Below, one piece after another: positions 45,664 to 59,789 of a DNA stretch of 64,000 nucleotides. Source of the stretch: Ginglymostoma cirratum (Eukaryota); the NCBI GenBank assembly GCA_024137785.1, contig JAHRHZ010000067.1, forward strand, positions 5,729,016-5,793,015. The letters run 5' to 3'. The notes beneath the pieces were generated by a model. The model was given only the letters and a program-made list of their open reading frames with translations. It searched no databases and was not told the DNA's origin. The translations under genes were made by a program, and so were the position numbers. Position 1 is the first letter of the stretch; each line of letters opens with the position of its first letter.

Positions 45664-48600
45664 TAGCAACGATGTCCTTCCTCAGACTAGGAGACCAAAA
45701 GTGCGCACAATACTCAAGCTGGGGCCCCGCCAAGGCCTGGTATAACTGCAGCCAGACATCCCTACTTCTAAGCTCAAATTCTCAGTTATGCCTAGTTTCC
45801 CACTGCTGTTATTCCGTGAAGACTATCTCCCATGAATGACATTCATCGAAGAAGTCTAATAGCAAAACAAGGCACAATTGACAACTCTTCATTCAGTTTT
45901 CTTCAGTAATTTAATCCAAGACAGCAGTCTCTTTATTCCAGAGATATGCAATCCGTCCTGCAGTTTATATGTTTTTGAGAAATTTTGTTTTAACATTTTG
46001 CCTGAAAATATCATTCCTTACCGTTTGTTCAGAACTACCACTGAACACACCTAAGTATCCACTGAAGTCCTTAAAGTGGGACCTTCTTATTTAGCATTGC
46101 CAAAAATCAGGACGAATGTTTCCAGACGTTCCTGACTTGGCTATAATTTATTACCAGGTCACCGACTAGAAGCTGTTTTTTTTTAAAATTATTATTATGA
46201 TGGAAAGGGTCACCTGCCTGGAGAAAATGGTGCCAAAGCTGCGGTTCTGGAAGCCTCACTCCCAAACTTGGCGCCCGCCATTTTCATAGAACATAGAACA
46301 ATACAGCGCAGAACAGGCCCTTTGGCCCTCGATGTTGCGCCGCCCTGTGAACTAATCTAAGCCCATCCCTCATCATGAGGGTGTGTGTGAGGGCAGGTTG
46401 TGGATTACGCAACTGTGCTGAACAGATGCTGCTGCATATGAGCTGCCCTCAGTCTTCACGAGAGCGTTGTCCCCAACACGATGGTCTACATTTTACACTG
46501 CTGGGAGAAGGCCGAAAACTACAAAATAATTGAGAGGGTAGTACCCTTTGGAACCATCAAGCACATTAGAACTATTTTAATTCACAACTCCAAATGCTTA
46601 TGAAGTCCTTATTGCATGTTTATGAATGCAAATACTTGCTTTTTTTTTATATAAAGGATTAAGTTGTTGAAGAAATTTCAATGGAGCAAACGGATTTTTA
46701 ATCATGGGGAGTGTTTCTTCTCCTTGTCTGGCAGCTCCTGTGGCTTCCTTTGCATTGCCTCTGGGGCAGCAGGACTGAATTTACACCTGGCCACTCCTTG
46801 CAATCCACAGCCAGGTCAAGTCAGGTTTGCAGGCTTCCGATCAGTACTCCTGACTTGGTATGGAAATTCATGCCAAAAAAAGACGCAGTAAAGGCTGTTC
46901 AGAATGTGACACGTGAATTCAGGTGACTAATCACTGAATGAGATATTATTGACTGAATGTGAATGGAAACAATGTGACTAATTGTCCCCTTTCTCCTGTC
47001 AGGAGAAGTTGCATTTTCCTACGGAAGTGGGCTGTAGGACCTGACTTATTGTTTTGTTGAACTCTCCCCTGAAGCTGTGATATTCCAACTCTGTCCATCA
47101 AGCCACAACCCGACCCCGAAGGATGCTCTTTATCTTCAAGGACTGGTTATGACAATGGTCCCCAGTGAGAGTATTCACAGTTTGAAACCTGGAAATTGAG
47201 CATTGTGGAACGGTGACATCATTGAGATGGTAAAACCTTTCAGCCAATATGTCCCTGTCTACTGATACAGCCAAGACATTTCTTCTGTGCATTCTGTCCA
47301 CATTGTTTTGAATGTTAGCATTAACACATTCTTTTATAACTTGGCTGAAGTGTTACATTTTATTCAGTTCCATTCATTTTTTCTCCAAAACTTGCATCTC
47401 CTCATGTTCACATTCTTTTTCAAAGAAGGCGATATAAGGAGAGCACGTTCCTTGTAACGGTATGAAGGTGGTGGATATTGAATGGGGATTCATTATAAAT
47501 AGGAAAAGACTGAAACAACAGTTGTTGAGTTAGGAGATGCGTGCTTGTAATGCATTACTCTGCAAATAAAGGGTCATAGAATATGCACCAGTCCTATCCC
47601 TCACTGCCTGACATCCTGGAATGGAGCAGGACCCATTGTTCAAATGCCCACGTTGCATATGAGGCCCAGTAGGTCACAGACGGTGGGGTAAATGCCATCT
47701 GTATCACAGTGGTGTGCCAGAAAGCGTAGCAGCAGCTACAAAACTGGCACACAACCTAGGCCTGGCCTGATTTTCCTTCCACCCAGTTCACTGGTGGAAC
47801 AATTGAGCTCTGTTTGAAATCTGTGACCCTGATTTATTCTCTTTTCCGCATGCTCTCAGGTAGTTCTTTACACAGATACTGTTGCTGATTGACTCCAAGA
47901 TCTCTCAGTATTTATCTGCTGCAGCCTAAACGTTCCTCAATGTTGGAATTTTGTGGGAATATAGCACATTTTGTAGTTTAATTTCAAAGAGCTGATTTTT
48001 CTGTCTGAGGTTTTGCTCAGAACTCACTGTTGTATTATCCCACCTCTTTGTCACTGTTTGGATGCCCTGCTTTACTATGAGACCAGCTGGAAGCTAAACT
48101 AAGTGCCGCCCTGAAACTAAATGTTTGGAACCATTCATATCACCTTGTGGTTCCCAACCCTTTCCCTTTGTCCTGGGATTCTTCATGAGTTAAAGGTCAA
48201 TCTCCTGGACACTGCTTCAGGCAAATTGGAGAAAGAAACAGAACAGCATTAATTAAGGATTTTTTTTCCTCTCATTTTGTGGAAGACTTGCATTCTGTCC
48301 TTAAAGAAATGTGTGTGGATATGGAGAGAAAAGGAAGATCTTCTTTGACCAGTCAGAGGGGTGGGAGGGTCACTTATTAAATTTCCTGGACAATGCCCAA
48401 GCGGAGCTGGCAAAAGCCATTCCAAGTGAACTTATTCCCATCCCCATTCCCCCAACTGTCACCAAACCCCACCTCCCAGTGGCTCCGTAGCTGATTCCCA
48501 GTCTGAACAGCACTGTAAAAGTATTGTCATCACCAGAGGGATTTTACTGATTCAAGGAGAGAGCACACCATCACCAACTCAGCGCACTCAGCGACGGACT

Positions 48601-50279
48601 GTAAATGCACCCTTGCCAGCATCACCCATGCCCTGAGAACTGGAATAAATATCGGGAAAACTCACTACTACCTCAATCTCTCAATGTTTGCTTGCAACCT
48701 CCCTTGTTTTGATGACTGAGTTCCAACAATCTTACTGGCATTGTTGGCTGCATGTGTTGAGCTTTGAATCAACCAGGGCTCCTAGCTCTTGTTCATTTTC
48801 TTCTTCAGCTATTTAAGGGTCTTCTATGGCCTTGGGTATGTTGCGCCTTTCTCCTTGCAGTATGTGCTAGTCTGCATTACACCTCACGGCCAACTGCTCT
48901 GCCTGTTTCCACATTCTGCCCGCCCCATCGTGCCACTTCTGAGCCTGCCTGGTAAAACTCCACTGTCTCCCGCTTTGGTTTGGTATCATCTGCAGATCTG
49001 ACCACTTTACACCAAGATTCTGAAATCCGGCCACCCAGTCCAGCTGTCTCACTACGAATAAGTCCAGAGCTGAAATGTGCCTCGGCTTTGGTGACAGGGA
49101 ATCTAGCTAAAATACAGCAGAATACCACCAGGGGGTGAGCTTTCCAAGCACTTGTTGCTTTCTCCCATTCTTGCAATGCAGTTGTGACAACGTTTTCTGT
49201 TGTCCTTAATTGTTCCATCTCCAGAGGTAAATTGTTTACATTGTCAATGAAAGTAGTTTGCTTACCTGCGTACATTATCTGGCATACAGTTTTTTTGTAA
49301 AGGGAACATCTGTGTAGTAAGAAAGAGCTGTACACGTTCCCTGATGTAATGAATCGAATAAAGACTTGTTTTTACTGAGTTTGTAAGAGTCATAGGTAAT
49401 GTACAGCCATTATTACTCTGTACTTGACGTTTCGGGCCTAAACTCTCCAGCATCTGCAGTACCTTTTATGTCAAGTTTTCCTGCTCCTATGATGCTGCTT
49501 GACCTGCTGCGTTCATCCAGCCCCATGCTTGTTATCTCCATTACTCTGTACTTGGTTAGTTCACTGGAATAAATACACTAGTTCTATGACCTGTCAGACT
49601 TAACATTGGTACAAAAATAAATGCAAATAACAGTTAAAGTGAGCAAGTCTCTAGTCATTTAATTCTTAATAGGTAAATCAATATCATTTAAACAAAATGT
49701 TCTTGTTGCCGATCGTATTCAGTGATGCTCCAGTGTGGTACTGAGGAAATGCTACACTGTTGGAGGTGCCATCTATGGATGAGAGCTTGAATTAAGACCC
49801 CATCCGTTTTCTTGGGTGGACATAAAAGATCCCATGGCAATATTCAAGATGGACTAAGACATTCTCCTTTCCTGTTGAAACTTTTAGGCATTCAAATACC
49901 TGGGTGAGGCAAGGAAAGTAAACCATATTGAAAATGAGAAAATCGGAAACTAGTTTTTCATGTTTGGTGAAACTAGTGGGACAGGTTTTTAATCATCCAA
50001 TAATAGCAAGGACCCTGATAATGATCTTGTAATTAATAACTATCATTAGGCATTTTATTCATATGAATGTGCTTGTCAATATTTAGCCCTCACCCAGCAT
50101 AATTGAAATATTCACAAGATTTTTTTAAGGTTTTTTTTCTCATTAAGGTTTATGGGATGTTACTTTACGCAAATTGATTGCTGCTTTTGCCTAAATGGTG
50201 ACCATGCTTCAAAAGCAAGTAAATAATTTGCAAAATGCTTTGAGGTGTTCTGACCTTGTGGAAGGCATTATATAGATGC

Positions 50280-53200
50280 CACTTTAACACACCACCCTGC
50301 TCCCTGGCCAACATCTCTGCCTCTGAGATAGTAGGAACTGCAGGTGCTGGAGAATCTGAGATAACAAGGTGTAGACCTGGGTGACTGGAAATGCTATAAC
50401 TCTAGTACGTTGGATGGATTGGTTTTTGTCCAATGTGTGCAGGAGGGTTTCCTGACACAGTATGTCGAAGGGCCGACAAGAGGGGAGGCCACACTGGATC
50501 TGCTACTTGGTAATGATTTAGTGGTAGGTGAGCACTTTGGAGAGAGTGATCATAATTCGGTTACGTTTAGTTTAGCGATGGAAAGGGATAGGAACACGCC
50601 ACTGGGCAAGAGTTATAGATGGGGGCAGGGCAATTATAATGCGATTAGGCAAGACTTAGGAGGGATAGAATGGGGTAGCAAAATGCAGGGGATGGGGACA
50701 ATCGAAATGTGGAGCTGGTTTAAGAAACAGATATTGCGTGTCCTTGATAGGTATGTCCCTGTCAGGCAGGGAGGAAGTGATAAGGTAAGGGAACCTTGGT
50801 TTACAAAAGAAATTGTATCTCTTCTTAAGCGGTAGAGGGAGGCTTATGTGACATTGAGACGAGATGGTTCAGATGAGGCGATGGAGAGTTACAGATTAGC
50901 TAGGAAGGATTTAAAGAGAGAGTTAAGAAGAGCAAGGAGGGGACATGAGCAGTCATTAGCAGGTAGAATTAAGGAGAACCCTAAAGCTTTCTATAGATAA
51001 GTGGGGAATAAAAGGATGACTAGGGTAAGAATAGGGCCAGTCAAAGACAGAAGTGGGAAGTTGTGTGTGGACCCTGTGGAGATCGGAGAGGTGCTAAACA
51101 AATATTTCTCATCTGTTTTCACTCGGGAAAAGGAGAATATTGTAGAGGAGAAGACTGAGATACAGGCTATTAGACTTGAAAGGATTGAGGTTAGTAAGGA
51201 GGAGGTGTTATCAATCCTAGAAGGTGTGAAGATAGATAAACCTCCTGGGCTGGATGGGATTTTTCCGAGGATTCTCTGGGAAGCTAGGGAGGAGATGGCG
51301 GAACCTTTGGCCTTGATCTTTGAGTCGTCATTGGCTACAGGTTTAGTACCAGATGACTGGAGGATTGCAAATGTTGTGCCCTTGTTCAAGAAGTGCAGTA
51401 GAGATGACCCAGGCAATTATAGACCAGTGAGCCTTACATCTGTTGTAGGAAAAGTTTTGGAAAGGATTATAAGAGATAGGATTTATAATCATCTAGCAAG
51501 CAACAATTTGGAGATAGTCAACGTGGATTTGTCAAGGGCAGGTCGTGTCTCACAAACCTCATTGAGTTTTTTGAGAAGGTGACCAAGCATGTGGATGAGG
51601 GTAGGGCAGTTGACGTGGTGTACATGGACTTCAGTAAAGCCTTTGATAAGGTTCCACATGGTAGGCTATTGGAGAAAATGCGGAGGCATGGGATTGAGGG
51701 AGATTTAGCAGTTTGGATTAGAAACTGGCTTTCTGAAAGAAGCCAAAGAGTGGTGGTTGATGGAACATATTCAGCCTGGAGTCCGGTTACTAGTGGTGTG
51801 CCACAAGGATCTGTTTTGGGACCACTGCTGTTTGTCATTTTTATAAATGACTTGGACGCAGACATAGGTGGATGGGTTAGTAAGTTTGCAGATGACATTA
51901 AAGTCGGTGGAGTGGTGGACAGTGTGGAAGAATGTTGCAGGTTGCAGGGAGACTTGGATAAACTGCAGAATTGGGCTGAAAGGTGGCAAATAGAGTTCAA
52001 TGCAGATAAATGTGAGATGATGCACTTTGGGAAGAATAATAGGAAGGCAGAATACTGGTCAATGGAAACATTCTTGGTAGTGTGGATGTGCAGAGGGATC
52101 TTGGTGTCCAGGTATGTAGATCCCTGAAAGTTGCCACCCAGGTTGATAGCACTGTTAAGAAGGCATACGGTGTGTTAGGTTTCATTGGTAGAGGGATTGA
52201 GTTCCGGAGCCGTGATGTCATGCTGCAACTGTACAAAACGCTGGTGCGGCCTCACTTGGAATATTGTGTACAGTTCTGGTCGCCCCATTACAGGAAGGAT
52301 GTGGAAGCATTGGAAAAGGTGCAGAGGAGATTTACCAGGATGTTGCCTGGTCTGGAGCGAAGGTCTTATGAGGAAAGGCTGAGGGACTATGGTCTGTTCT
52401 CATTGGAGAGAAGAAGGCTAAGAGGGGATTTAATAGAGACATACAAAATGATCAGAGGATTAGATAGGGTGGACAGTGAGAGTCTTTTTCCTAGGATGAT
52501 GATGTCGGCTAGTACGAGGGGGCATAGCTGCAAATTGAGGGTTGATAGATTTAAGACAGATGTCAGAGGCAGGTTCTTTACTCAGAGAGTGGTAAGGGCG
52601 TGGAATGCCCTGCCTGCCAATGTAGTTAACTCAGCCATATTAGGGGCATTTAAACAGTCCTTGGATAAGCATATGGATGATGATGGGATAGTGTAGGGGG
52701 ATGGGCTTAGATTAGTTCACAGGTCGGTGCAACATCGAGGGCCGAAGGGCCTGTTCTGCGCTGTATTGTTCTATGTTCTATGTTCTATGTTCTATGTTCT
52801 ATGTTCTAACACAGCAGGCCAAGCCGCATCAGAGGAGCAGGCAGGCTGACGTTCCGGGCCTAGACCCTTCCATTTCTGAAAAAGGGTCTAGGCCCAAAAC
52901 GTCAGCCTTCCTGCTCCTCTGATGCTGCTTGGCTTGCTGTGTTCATCCAGCTCTACACCTTGTTATCTCTGTCTCTGGCTTGCTACAGTGTTCCAGTGAA
53001 GCCCAACGCAAGCTGGAGGAACAATGCCTCATTTTCCACTTGGGGACCCTACAATCCTCCGGACTCAATATTGAGTTCAATAATTTTAGGGCCTAAACTC
53101 TCCCATGTCCCAGCCTCCCCACCCCACATACCAGGCCTTGTTACCACATAGCCGGTCATTACACACCTCCTGTTGTTAGTCACTAACAGTCCCCATTAAC

Positions 53201-53368
53201 AACTATTCACCCTCCCAGCCTGATCGTTAGCAACTCCTTTGTCTGTCCGACTGTCTTTCTCTCTATTCGGGCCCTATCCTATCATTTACTCCGTACCCCA
53301 CCCACCTCCCTATTTACTGCATATAAACTGGTGTTTTCCCAGCTACCAGCAGTTCTGAGGAAGGGTCA
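50280..53368 (+). mobile_element. Penelope 3' fragment interrupted by a PLE palindrome, itself interrupted by CR1
   Basis: Joined flanks translate HFNTPPCSLANIS|SGLLQCSSEAQRKLEEQCLIFHLGTLQSSGLNIEFNNFRA*; ends in AGTTCTGAGGAAGGGTCA. Confidence 0.75.
50381..52807 (+). mobile_element. CR1-clade LINE, 2.4 kb 5'-truncated copy (frameshifted ORF2)
   Basis: Endonuclease C-terminus (LDLLL, SDHN), RT (DFSKAFDKV, GVPQGSVLGP, FADD), LVRPHLEYC; (TTCTATG)n tail at ~52768-52807. Confidence 0.95.
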
Positions 53369-54331
53369 TGCGAAATGAAATCAAATCTGAAACTAGTGGG
53401 ACACAGGTCTTTAATCTTCTGATTGTAACATGGACCCTAATATGATTTTGTACCTAATGACAATATCATCATGTATTTTATTGCAATACCTCCAGGTTTT
53501 TGTCCATCCAGAGTTACCTGTAATGGACTTCCAGGTGACATGATATGATTTCCTACAGTAGTACAAGCCAGAATCCTGCTAGTTTTCAGATGGTTTCATG
53601 TGTAACACGGTGTGAGGTGTGACACATCCTCAAAATTTAGAACATGCGTATATAAATTCACATTTGATAAATAGAATGGGGCCTTTGTTCTAGAATTTGT
53701 CTCTATTTTGTTGCTTGACTAGGTCATGCGGATACGTCATTGAAAATGAAGATGTCGAAGGATGTGGGATTGCATGTAGAAATCTGATTAGGATAGAAAC
53801 TGTACGAGCCTGCCTGGCCTCTGTGTAGTAATGTAGATCATTTATTGAGTTTAAAAAAATTTGGCAATATGGCAAAACAGAAAATAGCAGAATCATACAG
53901 CTTCTCCCATCGACACTTGCTAAAGAAAGACAGATCAGCCTTTTTAACGGACCGTTCTGCAGACCAGCTCTGACTAAGGGTCACACAAGAAAGTTGTTCT
54001 GCCAGTTGTGTCTGTCCTGGTTAACAGAACTACCTTACCAGTCTTATTTTTGCTTTCCCACCATTAATTCTCTACTGATTTAATCTGTTTGGGTATTTAT
54101 TCAGTTCCTTTTAGCAAGTTATGATTCAGTCAGTCTCCCCACCCGTTCAGGCAATGCTGTTCAGTTTATAATTACCTGCAGCACGGAGAGATTTATCAGC
54201 ACAACCGAATTAGGAGTAGGCCATTTGGCTGTTGGTGTCTGCTCTGCTAATCGTTAACATAGCAGATCGTGACCTTAACTTTCATGCCTACCCCAGGTAA
54301 CCTTCGACCCCTGTTGTCAGTTAAGAATCAA

Positions 54332-54595
54332 CCCTCTTGTGGCGCAGTAGTAGTGTCCCTACCCCTGGACTGAGAGGGCCGGATTCAAGTCCCACCTGCG
54401 CCAGAGGTGTGTAATAACATCACTGAGCTGGTTGATTAAAAAAATAGGGGAAAAAAAAATTTAAAAAGCAGATGCAAGAGAGCCCTGTTGTGGCACAGTG
54501 GTAGTGTCGTTACCCCTACGCTGAGAGGCCTGAGTTCAAGTCCCACCTGCTCCAGAGGTGTGTAATAACATCTCTGAACAGATGGATTAGAAATA
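54332..54595 (+). repeat. Two tandem ~110-bp tRNA-derived short SINEs
   Basis: Both copies read TGGC(G/A)CAGT(A/G)GTAG...TTCAAGTCCC..CCAGAGGTGTGTAATAACATC; a minus-strand copy lies near 33740-33845. Confidence 0.7.
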
Positions 54596-54842
54596 TAGGT
54601 TACAAAAAATCGAATGAGCAACTAACTTAAAAATATTCAGTGACCTCCTAACTCCAGTGCCCGTTGTAATGAAGTCAGCCAGGTGGACCTCATAGAATAT
54701 GAGTTGGACCAGATTAACAGGCCCCATCAGGGAGCCCTGGCTGACAGATGATAAAGTGGAGTTTCAGAGATTCTGACATTCAGGATCAGGCAAGGCTGTG
54801 CCAGAGTCAAAGACTTTCCACGTGTAAGTAAAGGGTGACAGT

Positions 54843-55430
54843 TATAGTCGTGTTGCAGTTGTATAGGACTTTGGTTCGACCACTTTTGGAATACTGCGTA
54901 CAGTTCCGGTCGCCACATTACCAAAAGGATGTGGATGCTTTGGAGAGGGTGCAGAGGAGGTTCACCAGGATGTTGCCTGGTATGGAGGGCGCTAGCTATG
55001 AAGAGAGGTTGAGGCTTTTACTATTATTTACACTAGAAAGATGGAGTTTGAAGGGGGACCTGATTGAGGCCCACAAAATCATGAGAGGTATAGACAGGGT
55101 GGATAGCAAGAAGCTTTTTCCCAGAGTGGGGGACTCAATTACTAGGGGTCACAATTCAAGGTGAGAGGGGAAAATTTTAAGGGAGATATGCGTGGAAAGT
55201 TCTTTACGCAGAGGGTGGTGGGTGCCTGGAATGTGTTGCCAGTGGAGGTGGTAGAGGCGGGCACGATAGCGTCATTTAAGATGTATCTAGACAGATACAC
55301 GAATGGGCAGGGAGCAGAGGGGTACAGCTCCTTGGAAAATAAGTGACAGGTTTAGATAGAGGATCTGAATCGGCGCAGGCTTGAAAGGCTGAAAGGCCTT
55401 GTTCCTGTGCTGTAATTTTCTTTGTTCTTT
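54843..55430 (+). mobile_element. CR1 LINE 3' fragment
   Basis: Nearly identical to 60695-61278. Confidence 0.9.
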
Positions 55431-56814
55431 GTCTTTGGTGGCTTGGTGACTGGATGCCAGCCTCTGTGGAGATATTTCACCCATTGGGCCAGGGAATTCC
55501 ACAGACCATCAGCCTGTGAGAGAAGAATGTTCCCCCTCTTAAACTAAGTGGGGAGACCCCTTATCTTTGTGCTGCATCTCAAAGTACAAGACTTTTCCAC
55601 AAGCATAAACATCCTCACAACATCCAGCCCGTCAACCCCACCATTTCAATAAAATCACCTCATTCTTCCAAACTCCAATGGATACAGGCTCCCACCTGTC
55701 CAATGTTCCCTCATGTGACAGCATCATCAACATCACAAAGGTGTGCTAAATTAAATATTTAAATTATAATTCCATTGGCTGGTGGTACATGGAACTATTT
55801 TGCACAGAAGATTATTTTACTTAACGAAGGAACTGGCTGGAAGCAGCTGTTAATTTGCACTTCAAAAACCACATTCAACTCCATGGAGTGTCAACAGAGT
55901 CTCCGATAGATACATAGAGACCAGGAGCACAAAGAGGCTATTCAGCTCCTCAAGCCTGCTTTGCCATTCAATATGACCAGAGCTGCTCCTTCATCTCCCA
56001 CGATCACATTGAATGAGGCAGAGATGGTGATGGTGTGAACAGAGGTGTGAACAGCTCCTTCCAAACTCTTCAAGATGGAGATTGGACCATTCTGGAGTCA
56101 TAGCTAGCATCTGTTTGTTAACAGACCCTCCCCATTCCTCAGATACATGTAAATTGTACCGTACATAATCAAGAAATGCCTTTGAGTTCGTTATGACTGT
56201 GGAGAAAGTCAAACCCCAATGTTTGTTCTCCAGACATTACAGAACTGAACTGCTTTAATAACTGTGTATTATGTAAAGATTTTTAACGAATAAAGTATAT
56301 TCCTGCTATACAAAAAATAGCTGGGATGTTAAAAATGAAATCCCTCAGCTAACACATGAGGCTAAGGAGAAACTATGCAAGACATTCTGTATTCTTTGGA
56401 ATGTACAACCAACACGTAGACAGATCCATAAGATCCATGCTTTAGCGTCTGTGGCTCCTGGATTCAAAAGTGCAGAGATTGGTGCAGGGCAGTGAGCAGA
56501 CACTGTGTTACCACCCCACACCCACATCTCTCTCACTCTCCCTCAAACCGATAAAAGATAACGGTGGGCCCTGTTTGTAGTTTGTAAAACAATCAGTAAA
56601 CCTCCTCGCTGCAAAGAGACTTTTAAAGGAAGATTTCAACTCAGCAACGGTGATCTAATAACCAATACTGCAAAGAGAACTGCTTCAGACAGGGCCAAAA
56701 CATGAAACCTTACGTATTTCCCTATTTTAAAATCTGCATTGTTAATTTAGGTTAACTCTGCAAAGTTGTATTTTTCTGCATGTTTGGGGTTTGAGTGTGT
56801 CTTAGTGTGCACTA

Positions 56815-57140
56815 GGATCATAGAGTCATACAGACCGGAAAAAAAAAAATCCATTGATCCTTATCACCCATGCTGAGCAGATGTTCTAAACTGAACTAGC
56901 CCCATTTGTCTGTGTTTGGCCCATGTCCCTCTGAACCTTTTGAATTCATGCACCTGTCCAGATGACTCTTAAATGTTGTAATTGTACCCACCTCTACCAC
57001 TTCCTGTGGCAGCTCATTCCATATATGCACCACCCTCTGTATGATAAAGTTAGCCTCTCAGGTCCCTTTTCAATCTTTCTTCTCTCACCTTAAACCCATG
57101 CCCTCTAATTTTGGACTCTCCTACCCTGGGAAAAAGATGT
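56815..57140 (-). mobile_element. CR1 3' end
   Basis: Reverse complement resembles 440-745. Confidence 0.75.
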
Positions 57141-58849
57141 TGAAAGTGGGCAATGTTTGTACACTTAAAAAAATATTTTTAGTATATTTTTAACCAAAAT
57201 TGGTTGTATCAATAAAACGAATTTCTTATTTGTTAACTCTGGATGTTTGACTTAATTCTTGCAAACTGCACAGGTTCAGCCTAGAATATAATGAATTGGC
57301 AATCCAGTATCATATTCTAAAATTGAAAAAACCTGTTGCTGTCACCAATGTAGTGGGAGAAGAGAAAAAAACAGTTAACCCTCCTCACTTGGGTGTATCA
57401 ATAACCTTTCTTATTCTTCTGTGTGTGTTTTCAATTGCTGTGTGCTATGAAATGGTAGAATTACTTTGATGACTGGTTTATTTTGATAATGTATTTGCAT
57501 AAACTGTATGGGCTGGTATCAAGAAACTGAAACTGCAAGGAATGAAGAGTCACTTATTTCACCAAACTCGCCCTCTCTGACAGTGTGTGGGGTAGTGATG
57601 GCACCGGTATTGTCTTCAAGTGGCCAAACTGCCTCTGATTTGCCCCTACCATTTCAGGCACTTCAGTAAATCACCACATCGCTGACCATCCTGGCTATTG
57701 CTCCTGTGGGAAAATACCTCTTTCTTTGCAGGATCTTGTGGGTCATTCTGGGGAGGGGAGGATGGTGTCTCCTGCAAAAGTGCTGAGTCACACATTGTAC
57801 CCCACCCCCACCAGTACACCTTGTTGGCAAACCCCACCCTATGGCTCCACCCTCCTCAATGCAATCTCTTATCTGAGCCTGGGTCTCTCTGGTCTCCGGA
57901 GCCTCAGTTGGATGTAGTCCCAGTAGCAGTCACAGTGTCCCCATTGGGTGCTGTTAAATACAGAAGATCTGCCCTGATCTTAATTGACTCTTCAGGGGCT
58001 GACCACCTCTGACCCTGTATCCTGTTTGATTTCATAAGAAGTCATTCAGGACTTATAGATTCTAGTGTACATTTTTAACCTGGGGTCTGTAGCCTCCAGA
58101 GGACTGTGAGTGAAGCCCAGACTCTGAAGACTGTCATCAGGTTGTTAACTTGCATTTATCTGAAATCTCTCATATGGAGTCCATGTTGAAAACAACCAAG
58201 AGAGTTCTCCCTGATTAATACTTGTATTTCTTTTATTCTTTCATGGGATGTGGGGCTTTGTTTAGCGATGTCAGAATTTATTACCCATCTCAAATCGCTC
58301 TTGAATTGAATGGTTCATTAGGCCAGTTTAGAGGTCAGTGAAGAGTCAACCACCTTGCTATGGGTCTGGAATTACATATATTTGGTTCAGTCATGTAGAC
58401 ATCACTGGCCAGTCTTGCATTTATTGCTCATCCCTAGATGCCTTGGAGAAGGTAGTGGCCAATGTCCCTCTTAAAATGTTGCAGTCCATTCACAGCAGGA
58501 ATAGCAGATTTCTTTCCCTGAAGGGGCACCTGTGAACCAGATGTGTCTTTACAACAATCAATGATAGTTTCACAGTCATTGTTCCTGAGAACAGCTTTCA
58601 ATTCCAGGCTTCTTTTTGATTAATTGAATTCAAATTTTGTCACCTGCCACGTAGGATTTGAATCCAGGTCGCTAAAGCATAGGCCTGGGCCTCTGGATCG
58701 CTGCTTCAGTGACAATACCATTACGTCATGCCCTCTCCCACCAAAACAACATTGTTAGAGCATATGAACTGGTTGTTATGATAATACTGTTAATGGGATC
58801 TTGCTGTGTCTGAACTGGTTGCTGCATTTCCTACGTTCTGACACTAACT

Positions 58850-59786
58850 ATCTGGATGAGAATATAGAAGTCATGGTTAGTAATTTTGTGGATGACACTG
58901 AAATTGGTGGCATTGTAGACCATGAAGAAGGTTTTTAAAATTACAAAGGGATCTTCATCAAATGGGTCAATGGGCTGAAAAATGGCAGATGGAGTTCAAT
59001 CTGGATAAATGCAAGGTCTTGCATTTTGGTACAACAAACAGGGGTATGACTTATACAATTAATGGCAGGGCCTTGGGTAGCTTTGTAGAACAGAGGGACC
59101 TGGGGGTGCAGGTACATAATTCTTTAAAGTTTGTATCACATATAGACAGAATGGTTAAAAAGGCATTTGGCAGGCTTGCCTTCACTGCTCAGTCCTTTGA
59201 GTATAGGAGTTGGGATGTTATTTTGATGTTGTACAGGACATTGGTGAGGCCTCTTCTGGAATACTGTGTCCAGTTCTGGTCACCCAATTATAGGAAGGAT
59301 ATTACCAAGGTGGAGAGGATTGAGAAGAGATTTACCAGGATGTTGGAGGGTGTGGAAAGTTTGAGTTATAAGGAAAGGCTGGATAGGCTGCAACTTTTTT
59401 CACTGGAGCGTAAGAGTTTGAGAGGTGACCTGACAGAAGTTTATGAAGTAATGAGAAGTATAGATAGAGTTTTCCCTAGGATTGGGGATTTCAAGACTAG
59501 GGGGCACATTTTTAAGGTGAGAGGAGAGAGATTTAAAAAAGACATGAAGAGCAAATTTTTTACTCAGAGGGTGGTTCACTTGTAGAATGAACTTCCTGAC
59601 GAAGTGGCGGATGTGGGTACAATTACAACATTTAAAAGATAGTTGGATGGAGAGATGAACAGGAAAGATCTGGAGGGATATGGGCTAGTAGCTAGTAGGA
59701 TATGGGACTAGTTTAGTTTGGGATTATATTCGGCATGGACTGACTGGACCAAAGGGTCTGTTTCTGTGCTGTATGACTCTATGAGT
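58850..59786 (+). mobile_element. CR1 LINE 3' fragment (different subfamily)
   Basis: WQMEFN..KC and LVRPLLEYCVQFW motifs; (CTCTATGA)-type tail. Confidence 0.9.
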
Positions 59787-59789
59787 CTA

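Larger units (their letters stand above)
44835..45780 (-). mobile_element. CR1 fragment carrying nested PLE and MITE insertions
   Basis: SRTRGHGLRIRG..RKNFFT.RV; CR1 sequence resumes after 45665. Confidence 0.8.

Noticed and set aside
54332-54595. tRNA genes
   Set aside because: A/B boxes are present, but no convincing cloverleaf forms and both carry a shared SINE body.
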